This document shows, one piece after another, positions 13,801-30,110 of a stretch of 64,000 nt of DNA (its first letter is position 1; each line of letters starts with the position of its first letter). This DNA is from Marsupella aquatica (Eukaryota; Plantae; Marchantiophyta). Below the pieces are notes generated by a model, which saw only the letters and a program-made list of their open reading frames with translations, had not been told where the DNA came from and searched no databases. The position numbers and the translations under genes are program-made. The DNA lies in assembly GCA_973895155.1 (NCBI GenBank), contig OZ316891.1, positions 30,573,112-30,637,111 on the forward strand, given 5' to 3'.

Positions 13801-14291
13801 GCTTACCATATTCGAAAGATGTAGGAGCTATTGTGAGGCTAGCCCGTCAAAGCCTGAGAAATTCAAGTGGTGATTGTTGAATTCGATCATTGGTACTCAA
13901 TTGCTGGAATCAATTGGTAGTCATTTGCTCTAGTCAATAAGTGAAGTTTTTGATCAAAGCTGGGTCTTGTTGGCAGGGTGTTAGACGAAATGATCAACAA
14001 CCTTTGGTGGATTTATTGAGCAAGCGCGGTCAGGGTAGCGTGCCATCAAGTCCGTCTGTTGTTGGGAGTTCATCATTAGTCAATGCCAATCCGCTACTGC
14101 AGTCTTCCAGCCATGATGTTAGGGAAGCAATGATGGCCCGCGCAGCAGCACTAGGCAGGGGAGCTATGGCTCAAACTGCGGCAGCAGCTGTTGTATCCAG
14201 TACCGGTCTGAAGCGAATTTTTGCTTTGGCAGAGCAGGCCAAAGAGGGTGCTGCAAAGAAAGATAGCTTTCGAAGGCTATTCAATAATTGA
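4810..14291 (+). CDS. VPS53: Vacuolar protein sorting-associated protein 53 (GARP/EARP tethering subunit, HIT1 orthologue); 24 core exons
   Basis: Spliced GT-AG exons give [51 protein letters not shown]...[25 protein letters not shown]...[16 protein letters not shown]...[18 protein letters not shown]...[21 protein letters not shown]...FRRLFNN*, colinear with plant VPS53. ATG at 4810, TGA at 14289-14291. Confidence 0.96.
10829..10903 (+). CDS. Putative cassette exon A of VPS53 (75 nt, [25 protein letters not shown])
   Basis: ttggatAG acceptor, AAG|GTacat donor, phase 0-0, no stop. The peptide resembles the end of exon 10404-10511 ([17 protein letters not shown]). Confidence 0.6.
11078..11197 (+). 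CDS. Putative cassette exon B of VPS53 (120 nt, [40 protein letters not shown])
   Basis: tgtatAG acceptor, AAG|GTacat donor, phase 0-0, no stop. Shares aatgctcgtgg.cttgta with exon A. Confidence 0.6.
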
Positions 14292-15153
14292 TAGGGTCCG
14301 GTCAATTTTGCTCTCTCATTCATCTCTCGTCCTCTCAGGTTTTGTCTAATCAGGAGGATAACGCAAGTTTCTCACACCCCACTTTTTCCTTGTCTATGTA
14401 TGTGTTTGCCCACATTGCAATTCGTTCGTAGTTGAAAAGTGGCCAGAAAACTTTTATAGCTTTTGCAGAGATTTTCTCATGGCCTGCCGTTGCCATTCGA
14501 TAAGAAATCCACCTTAAACACTCGGCAGTGGGAGCTTCAATCTTCTCTTTAAAGGGAGTAACTAGTTACAGTATTCTGTGCCAATCATGCCCTTGCAGGA
14601 CCATAGAGAGTCCCGTGATGGACAGAGCTTTATCTCATTGACGCAGCAGATAGAGATACAGCATCTGATTCAGTGCAGAGTGGAGTCAGGACAGTCTGCC
14701 ATCACGCATTTGTGATCCTGTGATAATCACTCATAACGATTTGACATCTTCTGTACATAAAATTTGCTTCCCGATTCTGTATATCTGGAGGACCACAATG
14801 TAATAAATAGTCACTGACTTCGGCTTGGTGTAATCTGTAAGGCCGTTTTTCTTGAGCATTGGGTGAATCTAGTCTCATGCAGAAGGTAGACTTAAAGTGA
14901 ATGTATCAGGTTTATTAGCAGTCTGGATCTGAGTCCAGCTTTAATTGAATTAACGGGACTTGGGTTCGCACCACCAGTAAAGTGTCTGGATTGGGATATG
15001 ATAAGCCCGTCACTTTGATTGGAAGTGCAAAGCTTAAATTTTAAGTCAGATTAAAACTGTTCTGCCCCTCATAGTACTAAATCTGAACTAAGCTCTAAAT
15101 CTGAGGTAAACCTCAAGGACTCCGCATACACTGAACCTGCAAGCCCGACCAAT

Positions 15154-15357
15154 TATGCTAACAGTATAGGTAGGGCAAAAGCATCTTGTGGACCAATGAT
15201 GTGGGATGCTAAAAGTATAGGTAGGGCAAAAGCATCTTGTGGCCCATTGATGTGGTATGCTAAAAGTATAGGTAGGGCAAAAGCATCTTGTGGCCCAATG
15301 ATGTGGTATGCTAAAAGTATAGGTAGGGCAAAAGCATCTTGTGGACCAATGATGTGG
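15154..15357. repeat. Minisatellite, 4 x 51 bp
   Basis: Unit (t/g)atgctaa(a/c)agtataggtagggcaaaagcatcttgtgg(a/c)cca(a/t)tgatgtgg at 15154, 15205, 15256 and 15307. Confidence 0.97.
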
Positions 15358-15500
15358 GTGTCATCCGCAAAGGAGGAGAAGAGAAGATTTACCCAGGTGA
15401 GGACTGTTGGACACTTGTGCACAAAGTGGTAAGGTTTGGAATGGCAAAACTAAGAGGTTTGCCCAACGGATCTCCTTCATGTGTATATAGTGTTTGGTGC
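15307..15500 (-). pseudogene. Degenerate non-LTR retrotransposon reverse-transcriptase fragment
   Basis: Minus strand gives THEGDPLGKPLSF (QGDPLG-like motif). After a frameshift, ~35 codons later, it gives LLFSSFADDTHIIGP (catalytic [Y/F]xDD). Confidence 0.65.
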
Positions 15501-15947
15501 GTTTGGTGCAAGTTTGAACGTGTTATCTCCAGCTGTTGACAGGAGTGCTCCTTCAACAATGGCCAACTATCTAGCATATTCAATGACTGCGCAGCCTGAC
15601 AGGAGCATGTAAGACATAGCCACACGTCCATGGAGTTACCCCAAAAATCTAACCCTCATCAACATTAACTTCCTACCCAACAAAGCTTAAAATGACATAC
15701 TAATAATGTTATAAGAAAGGGATAACACATACTCCATAGCTTTACATTTGGCTTTAACAATGCAAACAGACTCTCACATGACAGTTGTCATGTAGTTATG
15801 TACCCAAGAATTCCTGACGTATGGTTGCACCATGTGGATGACTTTATATTGAGATTGGGTCTTTATATTCTTTATGAGATTATGGAACTAAAATGTTTGC
15901 TCCAGTTTGCTTTACAAGAAATGGGTACCCATTCAGGTATGGGTCCA

Positions 15948-16415
15948 GTAATCACACATCAAAATGTGGTAATGTATAGTGTACACTTAGTGATCCAAAG
16001 AGAAAATTAGGTTTATTATGGTATGAAGTGATGTCATACTCAGTATATTTGTCATGTTTTTATATGCAATTACCAGGCTGGACCAGGACACGTGTTTAAC
16101 TTTCCTTCATGGCAGGTAATGGACCCAAGGAAATGTTCAAGTTGACCAACTCAGTTAGTCTACGAATTTAAACCACTTGAAGAGGGGTCTGGATAATTGC
16201 ACATCAAATTATGACATATATGGTGTACAATATTGTTCCATAAGGTGATAAACCTTGTTATTTTTTTAAATTAAATAATGCACACAATGTATTACCACAT
16301 TTTGATATGTAATTATGGGGACAGAAAGTTATTCTACCATACCATGATACACCTTGTTATTTTCTTTAAATCAAATAATGCATACAAAATATTATCACCT
16401 TTTGATGTGTAATTA
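15948..16415. mobile_element. Degenerate AT-rich element with ~75-bp inverted repeats and an internal direct copy
   Basis: 15948-16025 (taatcacacatcaaaatgtggtaat...ttatggtatg) matches the reverse complement of 16337-16414. 16252-16316 is a direct copy of the right arm. Confidence 0.5.
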
Positions 16416-18642
16416 TTACATGGGCTATATATATTATCACATTATGTGTCATACTTGCATGGCTTGAAGCTAAGTATATTATCACATATTTTGATGTGTC
16501 ACGTGCATGGCTTGAAGAGGTGGTACCCTCCGATGAATCCTCAAGCTTACGTTTGCTTCACAGTATAGCTCACAGCAAATTAATAATATTTTATCATGCA
16601 GGACGATATCTCAAGGTCATTGCGTACGTAACGGACTTAGTTTCAGCTTCATTGACTGGACTGCATAGTAGATTGAGCAATGAGGACAGATTGCCCGGCA
16701 TCGTAGCGTGCACACGACCGCTTGGCAACAATAATAGTTGGAGCGGACGAAGTCTAACCAAAATGCCTATGTCTCCTCACACGCTTTGAAAGTAGAGCTG
16801 TCGATCACCTTCAATTCTAACGTGACCCATTCTGCGCCTTGACATTCATCCTGACCTCACGGAATTCGGCTTCATCTCAATTGATTCTCAACTATCCGAG
16901 GGTTCTGTCCTAGATACTGCTGGCCAATGCAGTCTGGCTGGGTCCCAGAGAAGGTATTAACGATGTTCAATTCCGGGATGGGAAAGGTCTTAGAAGTTGC
17001 TGAAACTAACGATATAATGCAACATCATGTACTATCAATTTTAATTTTAATCCGAATTCATGAGTCTGTTCACTTAGGCCTCTCAATGGGTTTCCAATAG
17101 GCAATAAGTCTCTTGAGCTGCAGGATGATGCGTTGAACGAACGACAATCTCATGTGTTGTAGTTGCTCCTGGGATTCTCCCTCCACGCCCTAGTAGTGAG
17201 TTCTCAGGATTCAAGCTGGCTCGATGAGCAATGGACTGTATCTCGAGTTTTTGTTGTTTAGAACATATATCTTCGTTTGGAATTATCTTCCATTGCATGA
17301 TATGAGAGAGTGTCGATGATGTCGTCTCACCAGCGGAGAAACGAGACACTTACGTGATTGACGGAATTGATTTTCGTCATTGTTGAGACGCGTGATTGTG
17401 AACGTACATAATGTTCTATTAAATTTACTCGTTAGCCATTCTCTTCTGCCCGCTCTTCTGTAGACAAAGACAACTAAGATTTGAATAAAAGTGTACATTT
17501 CGTGGCAGCCATGAATGTGAGATGTACGTCCATGACTCCGTCCAATTGATCTGAGAAACCTTCAGAGCTGGGCGGAAAAACCGGGTGGAAAATTAAGATA
17601 GATACGGAGCGAAGAGGAAACAAACATCCCACAGTTGTCGAGCGACTTATTGCTGACTTCGCGCTTGACTACACATGTCCTAACTAGGACACGTGCCTCA
17701 GATCTACGGATCATGTGAGACATCGACGGTGGATTCGACAACGTTAATCATCAGAGACATTTCGGCCTCCCAGGTGCTGTACGCTCCATGGGACCGCATT
17801 GTAATCACGGAGACCCCGACCCCAGTGTCCCACAGTTCTGGGCCTGTAGAGTTAGCGGATTACTCTTAGCGTGGATCTACTCGGACAGTTTTGTCAGCGG
17901 GGCCCTCCTCCAAAACTGCTCCGTGAGAACCGCTACCCTATCTCAATCGCCGCGGGCCCCCCCAGAGTTCGGGACCGTCGATTACTTGAATCCACGGCCA
18001 AGAGAGTCCCGTAGGTAGGCCAACCGCTCCGTCCGAGACGGCGGTAGGCTAACTTATCCGTGGCTTAGGGCCGTGGGGGGCTCTCGTCCCGGGCTCCATG
18101 CCAACCTCTCCTTTTGGTCCGTCTTGTCTTGGTGGAGGAGAGGACGACGTTTTCCTTCGAAGATAGAAAGCAAAGTAACGCAATTCTGCGATTCTGCGTG
18201 AGGCCGTGACAACTCTCTCGTCCACTGTGGAGAGCCCGTCGTCGAGAGTCATTTGGTCGAGAGGATTGGCAATTTGGCGGAAACGAGCTTTCGATTTCTT
18301 CGGATGCGGTGACAGAATCGAGGGAATTTTCTGTCTGGGACTCCCGTTGCGGCTTGGACGGATTCGGGCTTGTCGTGGCAGAGCGTTTCGGTGGGAATTG
18401 GAAGCTCTGTTTTCGACCGATCTTGGCGGGGTGGCGTTTGAAATGCCGCTGAGGAAGGTCCGTTATGTGGCTTCTTCGTGCATCGTAGCTGTCTATGCCT
18501 AGAGAAGCGCGTCTCCAGCGCGTTGCATTGTGTGCGGCGCTGTGCTCGTATGTGAGACATTCCCGTGGAGAATTAGTGACTCGGAGTGAGCATTTTGAAT
18601 CGGGCAGCTCAGAGAGACGGAGAGACAGAAACGACTGAAAAC

Positions 18643-22545
<3,903 letters not shown>

Positions 22546-22844
22546 AGTGCCGGTTGAATGTCTTCCACATGCTGCTGGTTGAGCAGGTGTACTGCGTGAG
22601 CCAATTCGACAGTGGTGTCGGTTTCTGCCCTGGTTTAGGCCAGGGACGAAAGAGTAAACAATTCCTCTTTCCTCCCTTGCTGTGTTGTAAATTCTTTTGT
22701 ATAGACGGAGGTTTTCCCATTGTAGGAGCTCTTGAGATTTCATGTACGCCTATGGAGAGAGTCAATTATTTGGTCTGGGAGTCATTAAAGGATATCACTT
22801 TCACTGTTCAATGTTTCGTGCTCACTTTAGTCAAAGCGTGTATG

Positions 22845-23013
22845 GGGTTTTGTTTCAATTGAACATCAAGTTTGATCACTCATCTGGATCATTGTCCTAC
22901 TCACGTTCATGACTCTTGTGTCAAGAGGGTTTTGTTTCAGTTGAGCATCAAGTTTGATCACCTATCTGGATCATTGTCCTACTCACGTTCACGACTCATC
23001 TTGACACAAGAGT
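22845..23013. repeat. ~71-bp duplication (period 82) whose second copy is bracketed by a perfect 15-bp inverted repeat
   Basis: gggttttgtttca.ttga.catcaagtttgatcac..atctggatcattgtcctactcacgttca.gactc at 22845 and 22927. actcttgtgtcaaga (22912-22926) is the reverse complement of tcttgacacaagagt (22999-23013). Confidence 0.9.
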
Positions 23014-24248
23014 TTAGGGTTATACTATCTTTCAGTGTCTTTTAATGAACATCGCACTCAAAATTGTTGGTATCACCATAGAATGACAGGTTTGAAGCAA
23101 GCCTCAAATGAGCTTTACGTGCCTACCATCATTATAAATCAATTTCCTGAGAACCTTATTTGGAGGAGAAGTTTAGGTGAAAGTTGATACTGTCCGCTGA
23201 CTACTATTGCTTCCAATCTGAACCCTGTGAAAGTGTCCTGCCAATGTTCAAATGAGAAATAGCCCCACTGCAGGCACAGCGCAGGTGTCATTGTTCCTAA
23301 ATATCATATCCGATAGGCCGTGCATGGAGTAATGATACTTGCAGTCCTTACGTGAAGCAAAGCGTGTTTGGGACACACTAGAGGCAAACTCACCTTCGCA
23401 TTGGACACCTTTGAAGTCTTCAGGTTGCCCTCGGTACATCGTTCTTGCACTTTCTGCTCTTGTCCTGAAGCTTTGTTTCAAAGGTTATCGGAGCCCCATG
23501 TACTGGTGTCCTTATGCATATGCTCCACCTATAGACCACCTCTGCGTCTCTCATCATGACTATCTTTCCTTCGTGCAACTTGCAAGTTTGGTGTAAGCAG
23601 ATCGAAGCCTCCGCAAAACTGTCCTTCCACGGTGTCTCTCGCTTTGACTGTTAATTGTTAGTGGCGCTGTTCAAATCCCGGCTTTTCTGGACACTCGGCA
23701 AGGGGGACTAAGGGCGCTGGAAGGTTACCAGTTACGTTGCCCGAGCATTCTTGGTCAAATGTTACTTTTTGTGCCATCTACAATATGTGGCCCTTATCCG
23801 CCAAAGACTCAAATATTGAGAACCTTTCGACTGGTGGAAATCTTATTTCTTGTGCCATCTGCATTTCCGCAAAAGACGCAGATATTGTGAACCTTTCGAG
23901 TTATGGAAATGTTTTCTTGCGCCACCACATGATTTTCCAGATGTGGACCCACTGATGTGCCTTTGATGATGTACACAGGTGAATCGTCCACCCACGGACA
24001 AATCAGGGCTTTATATATGAACAAAAGCCCGCTTCATCAGACAACGAGCAAGGACAGGTACAGGGATCCAAGGGACCAAACTATCCAAATACAACTCCAT
24101 TGTCATAGGATGTCCAAGTCTACTAGTCTACTTCGTCAGACCAACGTTGGATGGCCCAACAATCTCTGAATGACATTGGCTTGTCCCTAGAAACGTGTCG
24201 AAGTGCACAGTGCAAAGTATCATTTGTACGCGTTGCGTAGGAACTGTT

Positions 24249-27200
24249 TCAAAAACCCTCCAGGAGTGGAGCAACTCGGCCCTTGAATGCTTCCGGTAGA
24301 TTGTCTATAGCCCTTGTAATTTCCTGAGAACATGAGTGAGAGGTGACTCTTGCTTTAGGTCCACAATCGAATGGGCGCGTCGATGAAGGTTCAACTTACA
24401 ACTCAGTATGCAATTGCAGATGATTTCAAGAGTTCTTACCTCTGCTTCATAGCGAGCCGAGAAGTGGATGAAGAGAATGTTCCGATTCTTGAATTTATCA
24501 GCAAGTGCAGCAACCTAGACAGATGCCCTTGACAATCAAACTCCAAATTCCTCTCGAGGAATCTCAGGAACCCTTGTTCAATGCAAGTTCTACACCACTT
24601 GCACACTACAATCTACTTCCCATCAACCTAGACATGCTTTTAGTCTAAATCTATGTCCCGTGGAGGAGTAAAGCAAAAGACAAAAGCAAAAGACACCATT
24701 GGCAACTGCAGCGTAAGGAACAGCAAGGCAATCTAAACAATTTGTTTCTACGAACTGGCCTTGCACAAACTCACAAATTGCCTGTGGGTGTTCTCATTGA
24801 GTAGCCCACAAACCTCAAAACAACTGTCAACGGAAAAAGTCGAACTGGATAAACAAGGTCTGTTGCCACAAGTTACCTCGGACAAATGAACGTGGCCGTA
24901 ATCCCGCGCATGCTCTACAGAGATTGCTTCGTTAACAAACGTTGCCTGGAGTACAGTAAGTGCTACTGTTAAGAGATTGTGCAATGCAGAGAAAATCTCA
25001 TGTCAGGGTTTGGTCTACATCATGAACATTCCTAAATGTGAAAATAAGGAGCACAGGCTATATCAACATATCCTGTAATGGTAAAAATACTATCATAGCT
25101 TTGAACTGCATATTGGTATCGTCCTGCTGCAGAAGATCCCAATATGCTTCAACAACAGCAAAAGGGAGAGCAATGCAAAGTTTGGGAGGTGAAGTATCAA
25201 TGAAACGTGTGCACCGAGGCTGAAGGACACACCTCCATAATAAGCAACTTCGCCTCAAGGGCATCTTTGTTGGCTTCATCTACAATGAAATCTGCTGTTG
25301 TATCACCAGTGAATGCCACTTCTGGAATCTTGATAGTGTCCACAATCTGTTGTCCATCAATATCCACAGGAGCCGTTCATCATCACGAAGGAATGTGAAA
25401 TCAATTATGCCATTCAAAAACAAAAGTAAAGAACAAGATTGGTGGATGAATGTCTAACCTCCACACCAGCAAATTTTAAGCGTTTTATCTCAGGTCCAGG
25501 AAGATGCCGGTACTCCAGTTTCAACTTCTTCTTAACTGAGTATATAACATAGCCCTGCATTGACAGCAACAAATCACTCAGCACCTCCAGACACGAAAGT
25601 GTATAGAAAGCCAAACCAATGTGAAGAAATTACGATAGAATGTTCATGTGGACAGACAACAGGTTATCGTTGTCAATAGATCCAACTCCCACAAGAACAA
25701 TAGATTTCATGCACCTGAAAACTTATCTTAAGCATATCGTATTCGGCGAAATGAGATGGTACAACATTTACCTGGCTGGGCACGCCATGATATGTCCGAA
25801 AAGGCTTCACTATGTAGCCTTTTCCCATGTCATATTCCTCCCCGATCTGCAGGTAGAACCATTTCAATCAAAAGCTACAAGTAGTCGACCCGTAAGTCAT
25901 GTATACTTAATCGTGGCATCATTCACAGACTGATCATACTGGAGGGCTTGACATCTGTAATGGAAGTATTTACAAGGGTTGGTCTTGAACAACCTAAGTA
26001 GCTTACTGAAGACAAATATTCGTTTGACCAAAACAGGATCAAATGAAGGCATTCCACGCTTGATATGCCCAACAGCGAGTGAATCCCTTTCAACAGCTCG
26101 CAATATATGTTCGTTCCCAACACTCGTCACAACTTGCAACTAAAGAGCGTACCTACATCCAGGCCAACAAGCTGTAGAGCAAGCTCGGATCCATCCAGCT
26201 CCCTGTACACGTCGATCAACTTCTCAACGGTGGCTTTGATACATTTGGGGACAAAAACTGTGGGCGGCTTCATCCTGTACAATCCTCTGGTTGCCACATA
26301 CATCGCGATACCACCCTGGCAACCCATCACCCTGTCAGTAACTTGCGGCCCCGTAAACAGGAACTGCCATTCTCTTCAAATCCCGGCAGGCGGTTCAAGA
26401 TAATGAGAAACAGATTTCACAGTACTCCAGCAGAAACTTGTGAAACTGCTGCTTGGAACATACAGCACAGGCATAGCTCCATTTTACTCCATTGGGAAAA
26501 TTCGGAGTCAGGACTAACGGTTGATTTCGTTGCCAACCAAAGCACTGGATAACAATCAGTGCCATGTGCAGAACAGGAACACAAGACAGGCGCAAGAGGG
26601 CTAGAAATTAAACAAATTCGTGGGCATCATCTCTTCATCCTGTGCAGTGACACCCTACATACAAAATGATATATCACAACGGAGCTCTTCAATGACTTCG
26701 TTAGAATTCTTCCCATGTTGTGATTTAGTCCGGCAATTAGAAATTCGATCCTCTCTGTCCACGAGAACCCCGACGCACAAGAGGCCAAGACCAAAGAGAA
26801 CCCTGCACTGGAAAGGCAGGGCAAGCATATGCTCGAGCGGATCACTACAGTAGTATTACATCTCGAGGTTTAAGGTTTAGACTGTCTTTCAGGTGGAAAG
26901 ATCACTCACGATGTGATCCATGTGCGCATGTGAAATGAAGAGGAAGTCCTGCGAAATCGCTCGCTGCGGGCAACGACCAATATCAAACGCCCATCTCATT
27001 CCGGGAACCATAACGCACGTCTCTTGCCCGCCTATCGAAATCCCCTCAATCGAGAAACCCCCCAATTCGACCCGGGCAGCAGCCTTCCGACCACCTCCAG
27101 CTCCCACCCGCTTCACCTCCTCCGCGGCCTCTATGTCCGCCATACTCACATTGTAAATCGGAATGCCTCTCCTCAGATCCGAGACTTCATGAATGGGAGC

Positions 27201-27431
27201 CCTACTTCCTGCAGACGAGTCTGACGTCGTTTGCAACTCATCAGCGAATTTGTCCCTAATGCTCCTGACGACTACCACGTCCCTCCTGCCACGACCACGA
27301 TTGGCTGCGGGCTGCACTGCGTCTAGTGGAATATGAAATTTGTTGCTGCAAGACTTCGCAGCTTGGGAGAGAGCACACAAGCTGTCGGAATTGAGTGTCG
27401 GAAATAGACGGGCGGGCGCTACCGATAACAT
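24249..27431 (-). CDS. TRZ: Short-form (TM-type) tRNase Z, tRNA 3'-processing metallo-beta-lactamase, with N-terminal extension; 8 exons
   Basis: EGISIGGQETC...FDIGRCPQRAISQDFLFISHAHMDH (HxHxDH), GGIAMYVATRGLY, SQGYVIYSVKKKLK, EVAFTGDTT, EHARDYGHVH, FIHFSARY, ...GRVAPLLEGF*. Stop at 24249-24251. Confidence 0.95.
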
Positions 27432-28135
27432 CGATTACCTCAGGGTACAGTGCTTCGATCAAGTGGCAAAACTGTTTGTCTATTCCAATCTAGAATAAAG
27501 ATGACTTCACATACCCCAAATCTTTCAATCTGGGCCTCTGTTTCTCGGCCTGACGACGCACCTCAATCCACTGGTGCTGTTCACGAGACCCTCTGAGCAA
27601 TCACGAAAGCCGCCACCACCGCAAAGATTTGGAAGGGAGTGGCAATGCTTCTTCAGCTGATGCTGCTGTTGTTGTCACCACCCCAGCTTTGGACGAGAGG
27701 AAACACAGACAAGGGAAGGTGAGCGGGCACTTCCCATCAAGATTTTGGTCTTCGCCTGCATTGGCAACCAAGGCATGTCGATTTTTCATAGACCAGGAGG
27801 CGACAGAACATGGAAAGGTGGATCCAATATCCACCTCAAGAATATGAAATTCTCTGAGGGAGTTTGCCGGCCTTTGAAATGCGCAAGTGGAGCAAAGTTT
27901 GACAGTCACATATCCTGTCGTACAAACTCAGCAATTTTTTTTGCAGCGATCATGTCGATGGAAATCGAACTCGGGAAAAGCAACAGTAGACAAGAACGGA
28001 GCTGATTTCACTTCAGATTGGAGGGGACAGAATGAGCCCTCATCAAAATCTGCATCCGAATAAGAGGTTGAATTTGAGTACTATGTCAATTTCACTACTT
28101 ACAACATGGTCACTCGTAATAGTGGCAGACACTTT

Positions 28136-30110
28136 TGTGACGGGGTCACCCTTTCCACAAACCCAATAGTAACTTAGTACCAACTTATAATTGTGTATAT
28201 AAACTCAAAGACAAAACTGACTGTTGAAAGTGACTACTATAGATTTTTTAATTTTTTTGTGTTATCTCTAAGATTTAGATGCCTCAACCAGGAACCGAAG
28301 TTTGTGTTATCTCTAAGAGTTAGATGCCTCAACCAGGAACCAAAGTTGAGAGGGGAATTTGGTCCCAGGGTGACATTGGATCCATGGAGGGGATCCAAGA
28401 ATTGGAGGTCAAGGTGTAGGCATCCTGATGGGTGGGGGACTGGCCGGAGGCTCTACACAAGACGCAAAATGAGAAAAATAGCTAAAACATAGAAAATGTC
28501 AAAACTTTAAACAGGCATTGCCTTGCTAGCACTAGTCAAAACATAGTCATGTTTGGACTCATTTTGAAACACCCAATGAGCCTCATGCAAAACTGAGGTT
28601 CCCTAGTTGAGTTCAAGTTCATATCAAATAGAATCCTTTGAGAACTTTTAGTGCTTGAAATAAATAGGGAAGCTCACCCAACCAAAGGATCAACCAAGAA
28701 CTTGAGCGAAAACATGAAGGACCCGGATCTGAATGCAAAATTAAGAGGAAGGCTCAAGATATGGAAAGTACCAAAACCTAAAACTATCTTTTCTCCATTT
28801 GCACTAGTTCAAATATTGACATGTTTGGATTCATTTTGAAGCCCCATATGCCAAACCAAGGTTCCCTGGTTGAGTTCAAGTCTTTATCAAACAACGTCAT
28901 CTCAAGGAATTTCAATGCCTGTGAAATGGCAAAACTAGGCAATCTAAGAAGAGTGTTGGTGAGATGGTCCTAAGAAGGAAGGGGTTCACACATTTTCTTT
29001 GCTTTTCTTCCTTTCGCACTTTGTGAGTCTCACATTTTCCCCTTCCCCACACTATGGAAGAGGTCCCCACACTTTCTCCCTTCTCTTTTTTCACTTGTGG
29101 GGTTCCCACCCTTGTTGTGCTCACTTTCAACAAGTGTACGGACATGTGCCGTATAGACATTCATTTTTCAACTAGCTCAAAATTATCTCTTTGGATGCTT
29201 GTTGGAAAGAGCTTGTCGAGATAAATCCAACAAGGTGTGACACGGCTGAAATAGAGCTAAGGTGACTAAGACATGGAATCATGTATTTTGAGGCGTACGG
29301 ACATCTGTATGACAGGGGGAAGGAAGTCTCGGTTTTCCCAAAGGTGGAGGCAGCAACAGCAAAGGCGGGAATCCCTGTTTTGGGAGATTTAGGAGCCCCT
29401 TATGTTGTATGGACGAAGTAGAGGAAAATGGTGACCCACTTGCCCTAAAACTTGGACGACCTTATCTTGATCATTTGAAGTCTGTTTTGCAAACCGTTTT
29501 CGTGGTTGCAACCAGAAAGACCAAAGCTTTCCACATATTTTATAAGAAATTAACTTTGAGAAAATTTTGCTTTGTCAATTGGTGGGGCTTCCTCATTTTC
29601 TAAATTCATGATTGAGGTCAATGGACATGGTGGACCGTTTAGTTAGCTAGATAAGCTGAGTAGGTAGGAAATAGTGGACTCATGTGAGTCCTTGTTTAGC
29701 GGAGTGGCAGTGGGCATTGTCGATCGTCCTTAGGATAGGATGGGTTGGTGACACACGTGTGTGCCACATGTTTTAGGTAAGCTTTGAGATGTAGAGGCTC
29801 CACCAGGGTGGTGGTGGCCACACCATTTGGTGTGTTTGGGTGTTTTTCAGTATTTAGTGGCAGCTCGGTAAGTTTAGGGGGGAACTAAGTCTAGTATTTG
29901 TTTGGAAAAGTTAGCACACAACAAGAGGAATAAGGGATTTGAGCCAGAGTAGTGAAGTGGATACGTATCACTTGTCCCAAAGAAGCACGAGTTGGACAAA
30001 CGGCAAGAGGTTGGGTTGTCATTGCAATATGTTATGATTATTCACCAAAAGATATGAATTTGATTTAATTCTTGAAATTTTGTGTTTTGCTATCTCTCAT
30101 GTTACAAATA
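28136..30110. mobile_element. TE-derived, LTR-like non-coding block (boundaries uncertain)
   Basis: Begins TGTGACGGGG. Contains a 45-bp tandem duplication (28256-28345) and an internal ~90-bp repeat (28529 and 28801: gcactagt.aaa.at...catgtttgga.tcattttgaa...ggttccct.gttgagttcaagt). No credible ORF and no matching TSD found. Confidence 0.35.

Noticed and set aside
15154-15357. CRISPR-like regular repeats
   Set aside because: Units are contiguous with no unique spacers, there are no cas genes, and the context is eukaryotic.
23664-23690. GTTCAAATCCC T-loop/B-box-like motif
   Set aside because: No cloverleaf or A-box at the right distance.
28093-28100. CACTA terminus (also CACTATT 50965 / AATAGTG 51465)
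   Set aside because: No extended matching TIR and the 3-bp flanks do not form a TSD.
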